Made by a program: the position numbers and the translations under genes
Source of the DNA: an uncultured Alphaproteobacteria bacterium
GTDB lineage: Bacteria; Pseudomonadota; Alphaproteobacteria; RF32; CAG-239
Length of the DNA: 64,000 nt
Direction of reading: 5' to 3'
NCBI GenBank assembly: GCA_947588275.1
Contig: CANPYJ010000002.1
Coordinates: forward strand, 2,216 to 66,215
Shown here: positions 54,981-64,000 of the stretch, in pieces
Layout: each line of letters begins with the position of its first letter
Numbering within the stretch: position 1 is the first letter of the stretch
The notes under the pieces: generated by a model
Databases searched by the model: none
What the model saw: the letters and a program-made list of their open reading frames with translations, nothing else
What the model was told of the DNA's origin: nothing

Positions 54981-56087
54981 TTAACTGATTTTTGAGACCA
55001 GATAACGAATGTCTTCTTCGCTCAGTTCTTCGTTATTGGGCGTGTAAGACAAAATCCGCTCAATGACTTTGTGTGAGAAAGTCTTGCGGTTGCTCCTGCG
55101 GCAATCAAAATGAATCTCGCGGATAACTTTGAGCGCCGAAAACACCGCCGGAAACATCGTTTTGGGAATGTAGGCTTTGCGCAGCAGATTGCGCACCATA
55201 AAATCGGCTGAAGCCGAAAACAACGTCTTGCGCACTTCAAGAATCGGCGTGCCGGAGAGATAAACAATCGCATACTCAAAGAACTTGAGGTCACCCATGC
55301 AAATTGACCGCACGACCAATGTCGGCGTCAGGCGGCCGGAGGCATAAAGTTGGTGCACCAGTTCCTCAATCTGCGAATCCTGACTGTATTCTTCAGAGAT
55401 TTTGAGGGTGGTTTTTTCTCGTACGTCTTCAATAATGTCGGTGGCCAAATCAATTGGCAGATTATGGGTGAGAATCAGGTGCTTTTTGAGCTGCTCGGAC
55501 AGGGAATTGGCAATCTTTTCAATAACCGAAGTCGGCAATTCGGAGCGAAATACCAAGCGTTTTTTTATGTCTTCGTTTTTGTTATATTTTTTGATAATGC
55601 TGTCATAGGTGCTGTCGCGGATTTCGGCAGTTTCGTTGGAAACCAAGGTGCTGACAACTTCTTCGGGGCATTTTTCGACAATATATTGGGTAATCTCGTG
55701 CGACAGATTCAACCTCTCGGCAATGGCTTTTTGTTTGTTGATGCTCGGAATGTTGAGAATACGGATAATGTCATCGTTGCTGAGTGAGGCGTAATATTTG
55801 ATAAAGGGCACCGCCACGCTGTCCGAATCGCGGATAATCGAATCGACAATATCGGTCGGCAAATCGGTGCATTGTTTGAGGCTTTCGGACAAAGTCTGAC
55901 GCACTTTGAGCTCAACATCCCGCACCATAATCCGAAAAATGTCTTCAGCCAGCTGTTTGCCGCGTTCGGTGATGGAACGGCCGCGATAATACAATCCGAC
56001 TTTTTGTGCCACGGTTTCTTTGGCCTTGGCAGACTTTTTCGCCTTGAGGGATTCAATATCGTTTTTGTTCAAAAGTGTATCATTCAT
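54981..56087 (-). CDS. DUF2336-like helical-repeat protein
   Basis: 368 aa of all-helical repeats. The family call comes from memory of alphaproteobacterial DUF2336 proteins and is tentative. Confidence 0.4.
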   Translation of the reverse strand: MNDTLLNKNDIESLKAKKSAKAKETVAQKVGLYYRGRSITERGKQLAEDIFRIMVRDVELKVRQTLSESLKQCTDLPTDIVDSIIRDSDSVAVPFIKYYASLSNDDIIRILNIPSINKQKAIAERLNLSHEITQYIVEKCPEEVVSTLVSNETAEIRDSTYDSIIKKYNKNEDIKKRLVFRSELPTSVIEKIANSLSEQLKKHLILTHNLPIDLATDIIEDVREKTTLKISEEYSQDSQIEELVHQLYASGRLTPTLVVRSICMGDLKFFEYAIVYLSGTPILEVRKTLFSASADFMVRNLLRKAYIPKTMFPAVFSALKVIREIHFDCRRSNRKTFSHKVIERILSYTPNNEELSEEDIRYLVSKIS

Positions 56088-56159
56088 CAGTTTGTCAGGA
56101 GCTGTTATCTTTTATTTTATCTTACCGCATTCGACGCCTAAAAAACAATGACAATTTTG

Positions 56160-57083
56160 TTATATTGTGAGTTTCTGCAAATCGGGCGGCAAAGGCCTTT
56201 CTATCATTTTACTGTTCAAAACGGATTTGTCAATTGTATTGAGTTCATAATAAGACAGAGTATAGTCAAACAGGCCGGCGTAGTTGTACAGCGGCGAGTT
56301 CCATACCATATTGGCGGCCAGAGTCGAGCCCAAAAGCGGCGTGCGGCGGCGCAGAATTTCGTTGCGCAGGTTGCGCAAAGGTTCGAATCCGATGTGCGAG
56401 TTAAGTTTGATGGCAAATTCTTGCATTGAGGCGTAAATGTTCGGATAAGTCTTAATCCGATAGGTGTCGTCTTCGGTTTCGCCAATCGGTTTTAAGCCAT
56501 CGTCGGTATGCCAAACCAACGTTTTGTAAAGCGAATTGCCGTCTTTGACGATGCGCGAGGTTCCCCAGTTGGTTTCCAGTGCGGCGGCGGTAATCAAAAG
56601 CGAAGGCAGAACCACATGCACGCGGCGCAAAAGTTCGCTGAACAGATATTTATAGCGACGATGGCCTTTAAACCGTGTAAAGATGTCATATTTGGCGGCT
56701 TTTTCTTCCACAAATTTTTCTTGTTCCGGGGTCAGCTCGCCAGTGGTTTCAAAATTTTTGGCGGCCAGCTGAATACTGCGGCGTTCGTCCAAAATTTCAT
56801 TATTCAGACGCAGCGTCAGCGGCGCCAATATCTTAATAAATAATTCGTTGCGTTTTTTTTCGTCGGCTACGGTGGCAAAATCGTCAGGAAAATATTGGAA
56901 AAACAGCGGCGGATACTGATGCTCGGGAATGCTCAGATAACCGCGCATGCCGGTATAGTCGTAATAATCAAAAATTGCTTCCAGCTGGGCGGTGTTCAGA
57001 TGTCCAAACGTAAGCGAATCCGCTGCGCCGGCCGACATCGGCCATAGCAAACCCAAAATCAGAAGCAACCGCCGCAACCTCAT
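56160..57083 (-). CDS. Bax-like glucosaminidase-domain protein (secreted)
   Basis: Signal peptide MRLRRLLLILGLLWPMSAGAA and glucosaminidase motif AALETNWGTSRIV. The start at 57083 lies just after the nfu stop. Confidence 0.6.
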   Translation of the reverse strand: MRLRRLLLILGLLWPMSAGAADSLTFGHLNTAQLEAIFDYYDYTGMRGYLSIPEHQYPPLFFQYFPDDFATVADEKKRNELFIKILAPLTLRLNNEILDERRSIQLAAKNFETTGELTPEQEKFVEEKAAKYDIFTRFKGHRRYKYLFSELLRRVHVVLPSLLITAAALETNWGTSRIVKDGNSLYKTLVWHTDDGLKPIGETEDDTYRIKTYPNIYASMQEFAIKLNSHIGFEPLRNLRNEILRRRTPLLGSTLAANMVWNSPLYNYAGLFDYTLSYYELNTIDKSVLNSKMIERPLPPDLQKLTI

Positions 57084-57085
57084 CT

Positions 57086-57628
57086 TCAGGCTTCCTCCGG
57101 CGTCAGGTTGCGAACTTCGCGAACTTCCGGAATATAGGTTTTGAGAACTTTTTCTACTCCTTCTTTGAGGGTGACCATGGCGTAAGGACAGCCTTTGCAC
57201 GAGCCTTGCATTTCGACAAAAACAATGCCGTTTTCAAATTTGCAAAACTTGATGTCGCCGCCGTCGCGTTTGACGGCCGGACGAATGCGCGCATCAAGCA
57301 GCCCGCGGATTTGAGCAGTGACGTCGCCGCTCTGCGGCGCGGGGGCGGAAACGGCTGCTTCGCCAGTAGAAAGATAATCCATAATCTCGGCCATAATCTG
57401 AGGCTTAAGCAGATTCCAGTCGGCGTCCGGCATCTTGGTCACCGAAATCAGTTCGGCCGTCATAAAAACGGCGCTGATGCCGCCGAGGTCAAAAATATGT
57501 TCGGCCAGCGGCGATTTGCGCAGCGATTTGGCATCGGCAAATTCGGCTCGACCGGCCGCCAAAATGGGTTTTGGCGGAAAAAAATTAAGGACGTCGGAAT
57601 CCGGCGTAGTCTGAATCTCTATCATCAT
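57086..57628 (-). CDS. NifU-like Fe-S cluster scaffold/carrier (Nfu_N + NifU C-terminal domain)
   Basis: N-terminus IEIQTTPDSDVLNFF and C-terminal VEMQGSCKGCP (CxxC). Confidence 0.85.
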   Translation of the reverse strand: MMIEIQTTPDSDVLNFFPPKPILAAGRAEFADAKSLRKSPLAEHIFDLGGISAVFMTAELISVTKMPDADWNLLKPQIMAEIMDYLSTGEAAVSAPAPQSGDVTAQIRGLLDARIRPAVKRDGGDIKFCKFENGIVFVEMQGSCKGCPYAMVTLKEGVEKVLKTYIPEVREVRNLTPEEA

Positions 57629-58626
57629 TTTTGGTTCTCCGCCGGCAGTTGAGCGAGCCCTTCAATCAATGTGTCCAGCGTAATCACGGCTTTTTGCGCA
57701 TAAAAGCCTATGGCAGCCAGATGGTTGGGGGCAAAAGAACTGTCGAGCTCGGCATTGCGCACCACTTCGGGATTGAGTTGCGACGCCAATTCCAGCGCTT
57801 TGAGCAGGCTTGTCCAGTTTTGGTAAAGGTTGTAGTATAAAATGCTTTCTTTGAAATCATAGCTTAAAGCCTTGAGCAGCAAAAAAGAAGCATAAAGCCT
57901 GCCCTGAGCATTGTAAAAAACATTGTCCGCCTGCATGTCAAAAAGACTCTCGCTGTGTTCGCGGATATGATTTTCAAGCGCGCGAACGGTCTTTTTCAAC
58001 TCTTGCCTTGTCAAGCGCAAGACTTTTCGCAATTTTTGCGGAGAAGCATCAAACAGAGCTTCGCCGTTCAGAAGCATCTGATTATAATCTTTCAGTTGTT
58101 TGCGGGCGCGGCGGTATTGGCTGTTGGATGAGGGGGCCGGAATCAGTTTGTTGGTCGGTGAAAACATCCAAATGGTGCCGGGATATTTGAGCAGTTCGGC
58201 CGCGGCATGCAACGGCAAATCGGCGGGACTGTCGGCATCAAGCGCCGTGGCAAAAGTTTTGACCGCAGACAGGACTCCCAGCTGAAACGACGGCATGTTG
58301 TCCAGCACATAGGCCGGAAAGATAAACGGCAGCGCCGGTGTCCAAGCCTTGGAGTAAACCTCGCGCCGTATCAAAAAAGACATTGTTCCGATTGTGGCCG
58401 AGCGGGCGTCTGTTTTGGCAAATTCATATTCGGTGTTGGTGTCGATGTTGTGAGTCACCAAGGCGCCGAGCGGATAGTAGAGCAACACAAAAAGCGCCAG
58501 CGTAAAACCGATCAGCCGCGGCCAGCTGCTGACCATCCGCCGCAGTTTCGGCCAAGGTCGAAACATCACTTTGAGCCGGCTGGGAATCCGCTTTTCTGCA
58601 AAAAATTGTCTGATTTTATCTAACAT
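57625..58626 (-). CDS. membrane-anchored hypothetical protein (possibly DUF2333-like)
   Basis: One N-terminal TM helix (LIGFTLALFVLLYYPLGALV) and a large soluble domain. ATGA overlap with nfu. The start is probably MLDKIRQ at 58626. Confidence 0.5.
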   Translation of the reverse strand: MLDKIRQFFAEKRIPSRLKVMFRPWPKLRRMVSSWPRLIGFTLALFVLLYYPLGALVTHNIDTNTEYEFAKTDARSATIGTMSFLIRREVYSKAWTPALPFIFPAYVLDNMPSFQLGVLSAVKTFATALDADSPADLPLHAAAELLKYPGTIWMFSPTNKLIPAPSSNSQYRRARKQLKDYNQMLLNGEALFDASPQKLRKVLRLTRQELKKTVRALENHIREHSESLFDMQADNVFYNAQGRLYASFLLLKALSYDFKESILYYNLYQNWTSLLKALELASQLNPEVVRNAELDSSFAPNHLAAIGFYAQKAVITLDTLIEGLAQLPAENQK

Positions 58627-60203
58627 TGTTTTTTTCTCCGTCGATGCAAAAGATTCAGCACCTCGCGTATGTCCAAGACACCGCATAGTTTAGCCGATAC
58701 GGCAAAAGTTGCAACACCCAAAATGCATAACAGCGCAAACCAGCCGAGTTTAGGCAAAACAGACAGTCTCAGCCAGCCGTCATAATATAAATTAAGCAGT
58801 TTTTGAGCGTCGTCAATGGTCAGCGCCATAATCACCGAACAGGCCAAAATCCACCCGATGCGGCGCAACAAAATGCCGGAACAACTCCAAAACCGGCGTT
58901 TGCTTAAGCCGCGCAGATATTGTCCGAGCGATACAAAAGCGGCTATGGTTGTGGCAGCGGCAATGCCGACATGTCCGAAAGGACGCATCAGAATGACTGA
59001 AAAACACAGGTTGGTAAACAAAACTACAATGCTGTATTTGACCGGCGTTTTGGTGTCGCCGCGGGCAAAAAAGTTGGGCGCCAAAGCTTTGACCAGCACA
59101 TAGGCCGGCAGGCCTACGGCATAGGCAATCAGCGCGCGGCCGGTCATGGTTGTTTGAAGGGCGCCGAATTTGCCGTGCTGAAACAAGATGTTAATAATCG
59201 GTTCCGCCAAAACGATCAGGGCGGCGGCGGCGGGAATCGAGAGCAAAGCGCCGTATTCGACAGCTTTGGTTTGCACTTGGCAGGCCTGATCGGTTTCGTT
59301 GGCTTTGAGGTGGCAGGATAATATCGGCAACACCGCCACGCCGATGGCCGCGCCAACCACTCCCAAAGGCAGCTGTTGCAGACGGTTGGCATAATAAAGC
59401 CAAGAGATTGCGCCGGTACCGACCAGCGAAACCAAAATTGTGTCGACAACCATATTAATCTGATAAACGCCGGCTCCCAGCACTCCGGGAGCAATGCGCC
59501 TGAACAAAGTGCGAATGCACGAATCTTTGAATGCCGTCCAAATGTGAAAATCGGGTTTGAGATAAACCTGTTGACGGTGCAAAAAGTATGTCAGCCACAA
59601 GATTTCCAGAAATCCGGCTATCGTAACGCCAAAGGCAATGCCGTGCGCCGGCGTGGCGCCAAACGGCACAAACACGACGACTGAGGCAATCATGGTCAGA
59701 TTCAGAATGACCGGCGCCGCCGCAGGAGCGGCAAATTTGCCGAGCGAGTTCAAAATGCCGGACTGAAACGAAACGATGGAGATAAAAAGCAAAAACGGAA
59801 ACGTAATGCGCGCCAGTTGCGTTGCCAGTGCAATTTTGCCGCTGTCCGAAACGAATCCGGGCGCCAAAATCTGCACAATCATGGGCATAAAGATTTCCAT
59901 AATCAGTACGAAAATGCCCAGCACAAAAGCCAAAACCGAAATTGCGCGGGCAGCAAAGGTCAGGGCGTCGGACTTGGTTTCTGAAACCAGCTTTTGCGAC
60001 AGCATCGGTACGAAAGCTGATGTAAACGCGCCTTCGGCAAACAGCGAACGAAACAGATTGGGCAGTTTAAACGCGACAAAAAACGCGTCAGACACCAGTC
60101 CGGCACCCAGAAAGTTGGCCAGCACCATGTCGCGGAAAAATCCGGTTATGCGCGAAACAAGCGTAAAGCCGCCGAAAGTAGCAATGGATTTGAAAAGATT
60201 CAT
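58620..60203 (-). CDS. murJ: lipid II flippase MurJ
   Basis: N-terminus MNLFKSIATFGGFTLVSRITGFFRDMVLANFLGAG, 14-TM MOP-type protein, 527 aa. Confidence 0.93.
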   Translation of the reverse strand: MNLFKSIATFGGFTLVSRITGFFRDMVLANFLGAGLVSDAFFVAFKLPNLFRSLFAEGAFTSAFVPMLSQKLVSETKSDALTFAARAISVLAFVLGIFVLIMEIFMPMIVQILAPGFVSDSGKIALATQLARITFPFLLFISIVSFQSGILNSLGKFAAPAAAPVILNLTMIASVVVFVPFGATPAHGIAFGVTIAGFLEILWLTYFLHRQQVYLKPDFHIWTAFKDSCIRTLFRRIAPGVLGAGVYQINMVVDTILVSLVGTGAISWLYYANRLQQLPLGVVGAAIGVAVLPILSCHLKANETDQACQVQTKAVEYGALLSIPAAAALIVLAEPIINILFQHGKFGALQTTMTGRALIAYAVGLPAYVLVKALAPNFFARGDTKTPVKYSIVVLFTNLCFSVILMRPFGHVGIAAATTIAAFVSLGQYLRGLSKRRFWSCSGILLRRIGWILACSVIMALTIDDAQKLLNLYYDGWLRLSVLPKLGWFALLCILGVATFAVSAKLCGVLDIREVLNLLHRRRKKQC

Positions 60204-60327
60204 GGTAATTTGTGGTCTATTCGGTTTATTAAGTTGATTTTAAGAGATTATAGGCTATTATTTGCAATAATAAAACAGCAAAAATGCTTTTGTGCTTATA
60301 ATTTTCGCAGTTCCAGCGCCTTTTTTG

Positions 60328-60356
60328 TTGACAAAAGGGTTTTAAATTGCGATAAT
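60328..60356 (+). promoter_or_regulatory. near-consensus sigma70 promoter
   Basis: TTGACA (60328-60333), 17 nt, GATAAT (60351-60356). GGAG lies 7 nt before the ATG at 60394. Confidence 0.5.
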
Positions 60357-60393
60357 AGACAAAAGAAAACAATTTTATTTATGGAGAAAATCA

Positions 60394-60639
60394 ATGAGTA
60401 TTAAAGACACAGTTCAAAGATTTGAAGGAGACAATATTAAAAGACAATCTCACGGGACGGGCGGATATGAGAAGCTTCCTCCGTTTTCCTATGCCAGAGA
60501 TTTGCGCCGCCGCGGAGAGTTTCTTAAATCCTTGGCGGAAGGGAATGTTAAGGTTGTGGAAGGTAAAGCCGCTGAACGGATTGCCCAGAATGTCAACGGT
60601 AACAGCAGCGTTTTGATGCGGGAAGGAGCCACTCGCTAG
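60394..60639 (+). CDS. small hypothetical protein (81 aa)
   Basis: It has its own promoter, RBS and terminator. It is basic and hydrophilic with no recognisable motif. Confidence 0.55.
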   Translation: MSIKDTVQRFEGDNIKRQSHGTGGYEKLPPFSYARDLRRRGEFLKSLAEGNVKVVEGKAAERIAQNVNGNSSVLMREGATR

Positions 60640-60674
60640 AACACCGTATTTAATTTTTCTCCATAAAAATCTTT

Positions 60675-60708
60675 AACTCCGGAGGCGTAGGTTTCCGGAG
60701 TTTTTTTT
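60675..60708 (+). terminator. rho-independent terminator
   Basis: AACTCCGGA-ggcgtaggt-TTCCGGAGTTTTTTTT. Confidence 0.75.
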
Positions 60709-61861
60709 ATTTTAAACTGTCCAGCAGAGCCGTAAATTGGCTGAGGATGTTTTCGGTTTTGAACTTGGCGATGGCTTTTTCCGCATACTCAGGTTGAGGA
60801 GGAGTATAAGCGCCGGTGTGTAACTCAAATAGTTTTTGCGCCAAGTCATCGGCACTGCCTGCGGCAAAAAGTTGTCCGAGGCGGCCATGCTGCAAAATTT
60901 CGGCCGGCGCTGACGGGCAGTCGGCCGAGATAACCGGTGTCCCGCAGGCCAAAGCCTCAATCAACACACAGCCGAATCCTTCGCCTTTGGACGACAATAT
61001 AAGCGCTTCGGCGTTTTTCATCCAGACATACGGATTTTCCTTTTCGCCCAAGAGGAGAATCTTGTCCTGCCAGCCGCGGGCAGAGACATAATCTTGCCAA
61101 TATTGCATTTGCGGTCCGTCACCGATGAGGCAGAGCTTGGGCGCCGGTGCGGCAAGCCGATTGACGAATTTTTGATAGCCGGCCATAAGCGTGGATATGT
61201 CTTTGTCGCCGGCAATGCGCGAAACATGGACAAAATAGGGTTGTTGCATCAGATCTTGTTCGGCGGCGGCGATCGGACGACTGGCCGACGCGCGAATTTG
61301 GTCTATGTCCAGCGGGTTATAAATGAAGCGGACTTTGTCGGCAATTTTCGGATATTGTTTTTGGCAGTCCGTCATAAAAGCCCGACTTAACCCGATGATG
61401 GCCGCATAGTCGCCGACAAGGCGGGGCTTGAGGCGCTTGCGCACAGAATCGAACTTCCCGTGAAACCAGACAATCTTTTTTTGATGCGGCAAAGGTTTGT
61501 AGGATGACAAAGAGTAGTTGTTTTTGAAATCAATCAAAAAGTCGGCTTCGGCATAAATTTTTTGCAGAAAGTTCCGGCGGCAGATTGATTGCCACCAATG
61601 TTTAAGTTTCCATATTTTGCGCTTAAAACCTTTTTGCGGTTTCTGACTGTTTTGCGGCCAAGAAATAAGTTCAACTTCCTTGGGCAGCGATTTGAGCAGA
61701 AAGTTATTTTCAACAAAGCCGGTAACGACAAGGCACAAATCATATTTTTTGAGTTTGGCCAAGGCCGTGAGGTAAACGATCAATACGCGTTCAACGCCGC
61801 CCGTAAAGAAATCCGGCAGAACAAATACTATTTTGGAACGGGATGAAGATGAGCTTTTCAT
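60707..61861 (-). CDS. glycosyltransferase family 1 (GT4-type)
   Basis: GT-B fold with C-terminal motif SKGEGFGCVLIEALACGTPVIS. Confidence 0.85.
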   Translation of the reverse strand: MKSSSSSRSKIVFVLPDFFTGGVERVLIVYLTALAKLKKYDLCLVVTGFVENNFLLKSLPKEVELISWPQNSQKPQKGFKRKIWKLKHWWQSICRRNFLQKIYAEADFLIDFKNNYSLSSYKPLPHQKKIVWFHGKFDSVRKRLKPRLVGDYAAIIGLSRAFMTDCQKQYPKIADKVRFIYNPLDIDQIRASASRPIAAAEQDLMQQPYFVHVSRIAGDKDISTLMAGYQKFVNRLAAPAPKLCLIGDGPQMQYWQDYVSARGWQDKILLLGEKENPYVWMKNAEALILSSKGEGFGCVLIEALACGTPVISADCPSAPAEILQHGRLGQLFAAGSADDLAQKLFELHTGAYTPPQPEYAEKAIAKFKTENILSQFTALLDSLK

Positions 61862-61968
61862 TACTTTCTTTAGGCTGATTTTTTTGTAAATAATAATGTC
61901 TTTTTTTATACTTTACTATAGTTAATTACATATTGTGGAAGAAGTAGCAAATTACAGATTGAAGAAAT

Positions 61969-62357
61969 AAAAAACCACCATAAAGGTGGCTTTTTTGTAA
62001 TTGGAGCGGGCAATGGGATTACTTCGCATCGCTGCGTTCACTTCGGCAATCGGCTAAAGCCGAACGGCGTTCTTCCGCCCGCCTTTTCCTCGTAGTCGGA
62101 CCCACTTCCTCGTGGCTCCTAATCCGTCGCCGACTATAATTACAAAAAAAACCACCATAAAGGTGGCTTTTTTTGTAATTGGAGCGGGCAATGGGATTAC
62201 TTCGCATCGCTGCGTTCACTTCGGCAATCGGCTAAAGCCGAACGGCGTTCTTCCGCCCGCCTTTTCCTCGTAGTCGGACCCACTTCCTCGTGGCTCCTAA
62301 TCCGTCGCCGACTATAATTACAAAAAAAACCACCATAAAGGTGGCTTTTTTTGTAAT
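61969..62357 (-). repeat. two ~178-bp tandem units, each containing the last 19 nt of tRNA-Gly plus its terminator
   Basis: The tRNA 3' fragment TGGAGCGGGCAATGGGATT (+ strand) occurs at 62002, 62180 and 62358. The 123-nt modules 62021-62143 and 62199-62321 are identical by eye. The terminator hairpin occurs three times. Confidence 0.9.
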
Positions 62358-62432
62358 TGGAGCGGGCAATGGGATTCGGACCCACGACATCAACCTTGGC
62401 AAGGTTGCGCTCTACCCCTGAGCTATACCCGC
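62358..62432 (-). tRNA. tRNA-Gly (anticodon GCC), encoded CCA
   Basis: Minus strand: GCGGGTA-TA-GCTC-AGGGGTA-GAGC-G-CAACC-TTGCCAA-GGTTG-ATGTC-GTGGG-TCCGAAT-CCCAT-TGCCCGC-T-CCA. Confidence 0.93.
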
Positions 62433-62532
62433 ATCTGCAGAACGTCATACTTAATAGCATATCTTAAAAAAAATGCAAGCACTAATTTATATTTTTTTTG
62501 AATTATTTTTAGCGGCGGCGGGCATCCGGACT

Positions 62533-62991
62533 TTATAATTGCTCAATAAACGGCGTGAAGTCGGCCTCTTCGGTGATGAGAGACGAATAAGAAAACGAAA
62601 ACGCCAACAGCAAAATGGCCGCGCTGCGCAAAATAATGATGGTTTTGCGACTGCCGCCAAAAGGTATTTCATGCGCGCTTTTGCTGACAAACAACAGTTC
62701 CAGCAGCACCCATACGGATACAAACAACAGCGGAATATATAAAAACCAAGGGGCAATGAGCGTCAGGCACAGTTGCGCCAATCCGCGTCCCCAATATCCG
62801 GCATAGAAATTATGCAGTCCCGTTGTTCCCAAAAAAAACGCCAGCACAACATATATGACGCCGTTTTTTTGTTTGGGCGCGGGCAGACCGTGCAAAACTT
62901 TGTCGGCCAGACGCTTTTTTTGCTTTTCAAGCGTGGCGTCGTCTATCTTGTCGGCATCGCGTAATTGTTGCAGTTGTTCGGCATTGAGCAT
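62533..62991 (-). CDS. TM2-domain membrane protein
   Basis: GVIYVVLAFFLGTTGLHNFYAGYWGRGLAQL is the TM2 signature. Confidence 0.75.
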   Translation of the reverse strand: MLNAEQLQQLRDADKIDDATLEKQKKRLADKVLHGLPAPKQKNGVIYVVLAFFLGTTGLHNFYAGYWGRGLAQLCLTLIAPWFLYIPLLFVSVWVLLELLFVSKSAHEIPFGGSRKTIIILRSAAILLLAFSFSYSSLITEEADFTPFIEQL

Positions 62992-63049
62992 GATGTTTCC
63001 CCGATGTTTATCCTTTTATTATAGGTGATATTTTTTTATTTCCAAGTCC

Positions 63050-63085
63050 AAAAAAACCTCCTTCGCAAAACAAAGGAGGTTTTTG
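63050..63085 (-). terminator. terminator of groEL
   Basis: The minus strand reads AAAAACCTCCTTtgttttgcgAAGGAGGTTTTTTT. Confidence 0.75.
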
Positions 63086-63101
63086 GGGTTTTGGAGCAGG
63101 A

Positions 63102-64000
63102 TTAGAAACCCATGCCGCCGGGCATTCCGCCCGGAGCTGCCGCGCCGCCGCAGTTGCATTCTTTTTGCGGAGCTTCGGTAACCATCGCTTCGGTGGTAAT
63201 CAGCAGACCGCCGACCGAAGCCGCATCCTGCAAAGCCGTGCGGACGACTTTGGTCGGGTCAATAATGCCGGCTTTGACCATATCGGTATATTCGCCGCTT
63301 TGAGCGTTATAGCCAAAGTTCGGATCCGAGCTTTCAAGCAGTTTTCCGGCCACAACCGCGCCATCGACGCCGGCGTTCTCGGCAATTTGACGAATCGGAG
63401 CCTGAGCGGCTTTGCGGATGATTTCAATACCGACTTTCTGGTCTTGATTTTCGGGAGTCAGCTTGTCAAGCACACGCGAAGCATAAAGCAGGGCGCAGCC
63501 ACCGCCGGCAACCACACCTTCCTTGACCGCGGCGCGTGTGGCGTTGAGCGCGTCGTCAATGCGGTCTTTCTTCTCTTTGACTTCGACTTCGGATGCGCCG
63601 CCAACCCGCAGAACAGCTACGCCGCCAGACAATTTGGCCAGCCGCTCTTGCAGTTTTTCGCGATCGTAATCTGATGTGGTTTCCTCAATCTGCTTGCGAA
63701 TTTGTGCCGCGCGCGCTTCAATGAGATCAGATTCGCCGTCGCCGTCGATAATCGTGGTTTCGTCTTTGGTAATGGTGACTCTCTTGGCGCTGCCCAGCAT
63801 ATCAAGGGTTACGTTTTCAAGTTTCATTCCCAGTTCTTCCGAAACCACCTGACCACCGGTCAAAATGGCAATGTCTTCCAGCATGGCTTTGCGGCGATCA
63901 CCAAATCCCGGGGCTTTGACGGCACAAACTTTAAGACCGCCGCGCAGACGGTTGACAACCAAGGTTGCCAGAGCCTCGCCTTCAATATCTTCGGCCACAA
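63102..64000 (-). CDS. groL: chaperonin GroEL, C-terminal ~299 codons (the gene continues past the right edge)
   Basis: [24 protein letters not shown] and the C-terminal tail GGMPGGMGF. Confidence 0.97.
   Translation of the reverse strand, partial: VAEDIEGEALATLVVNRLRGGLKVCAVKAPGFGDRRKAMLEDIAILTGGQVVSEELGMKLENVTLDMLGSAKRVTITKDETTIIDGDGESDLIEARAAQIRKQIEETTSDYDREKLQERLAKLSGGVAVLRVGGASEVEVKEKKDRIDDALNATRAAVKEGVVAGGGCALLYASRVLDKLTPENQDQKVGIEIIRKAAQAPIRQIAENAGVDGAVVAGKLLESSDPNFGYNAQSGEYTDMVKAGIIDPTKVVRTALQDAASVGGLLITTEAMVTEAPQKECNCGGAAAPGGMPGGMGF

Noticed and set aside
62002-62143. Whether the tRNA-Gly-linked unit is a (two-piece) tmRNA/ssrA gene.
   Set aside because: There is no T-arm partner, no tag reading frame ending in a typical ...AA stop context, and the 3' end is identical to tRNA-Gly rather than alanine-type (no G3-U70).

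Overview
The window is a gene-dense bacterial chromosomal segment made almost entirely of housekeeping genes. The gene order looks alphaproteobacterial (inference from synteny only): leuS-lptE-holA, rimP-nusA-ylxR/L7Ae-infB, lptF-lptD-surA-rsmA, miaB-phoH-ybeY-corC-lnt, yggT-DUF167-folD, nth-tsaD, aroK-xerD, and a partial groEL at the right edge. I found no integrase, transposase, CRISPR array or recognisable defence genes. The accessory-looking content is: (1) a complete hydCBA [FeFe]-hydrogenase operon (22366-26325) lying between lptG and lptF; (2) a strongly signalled cysteine-rich secreted protein; (3) several orphan proteins (31760-32323, 40189-41217, 51308-52414, 60394-60639). The most unusual signal is non-coding. 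Both tRNA genes in the window, tRNA-Ser(CGA) at 34090-34181 (+) and tRNA-Gly(GCC) at 62358-62432 (-), are flanked by two exact tandem units of 158 bp and 178 bp. Each unit re-uses a terminal fragment of the adjacent tRNA and then diverges into a hairpin-rich module of about 120 nt. That module can close on itself with an acceptor-stem-like helix. These are either tandemly amplified tRNA-derived RNA genes, footprints of a miniature tRNA-targeting element, or an assembly artefact, and I cannot tell which from sequence alone. All calls rest on reading the supplied translations and the DNA by eye; no searches were run.
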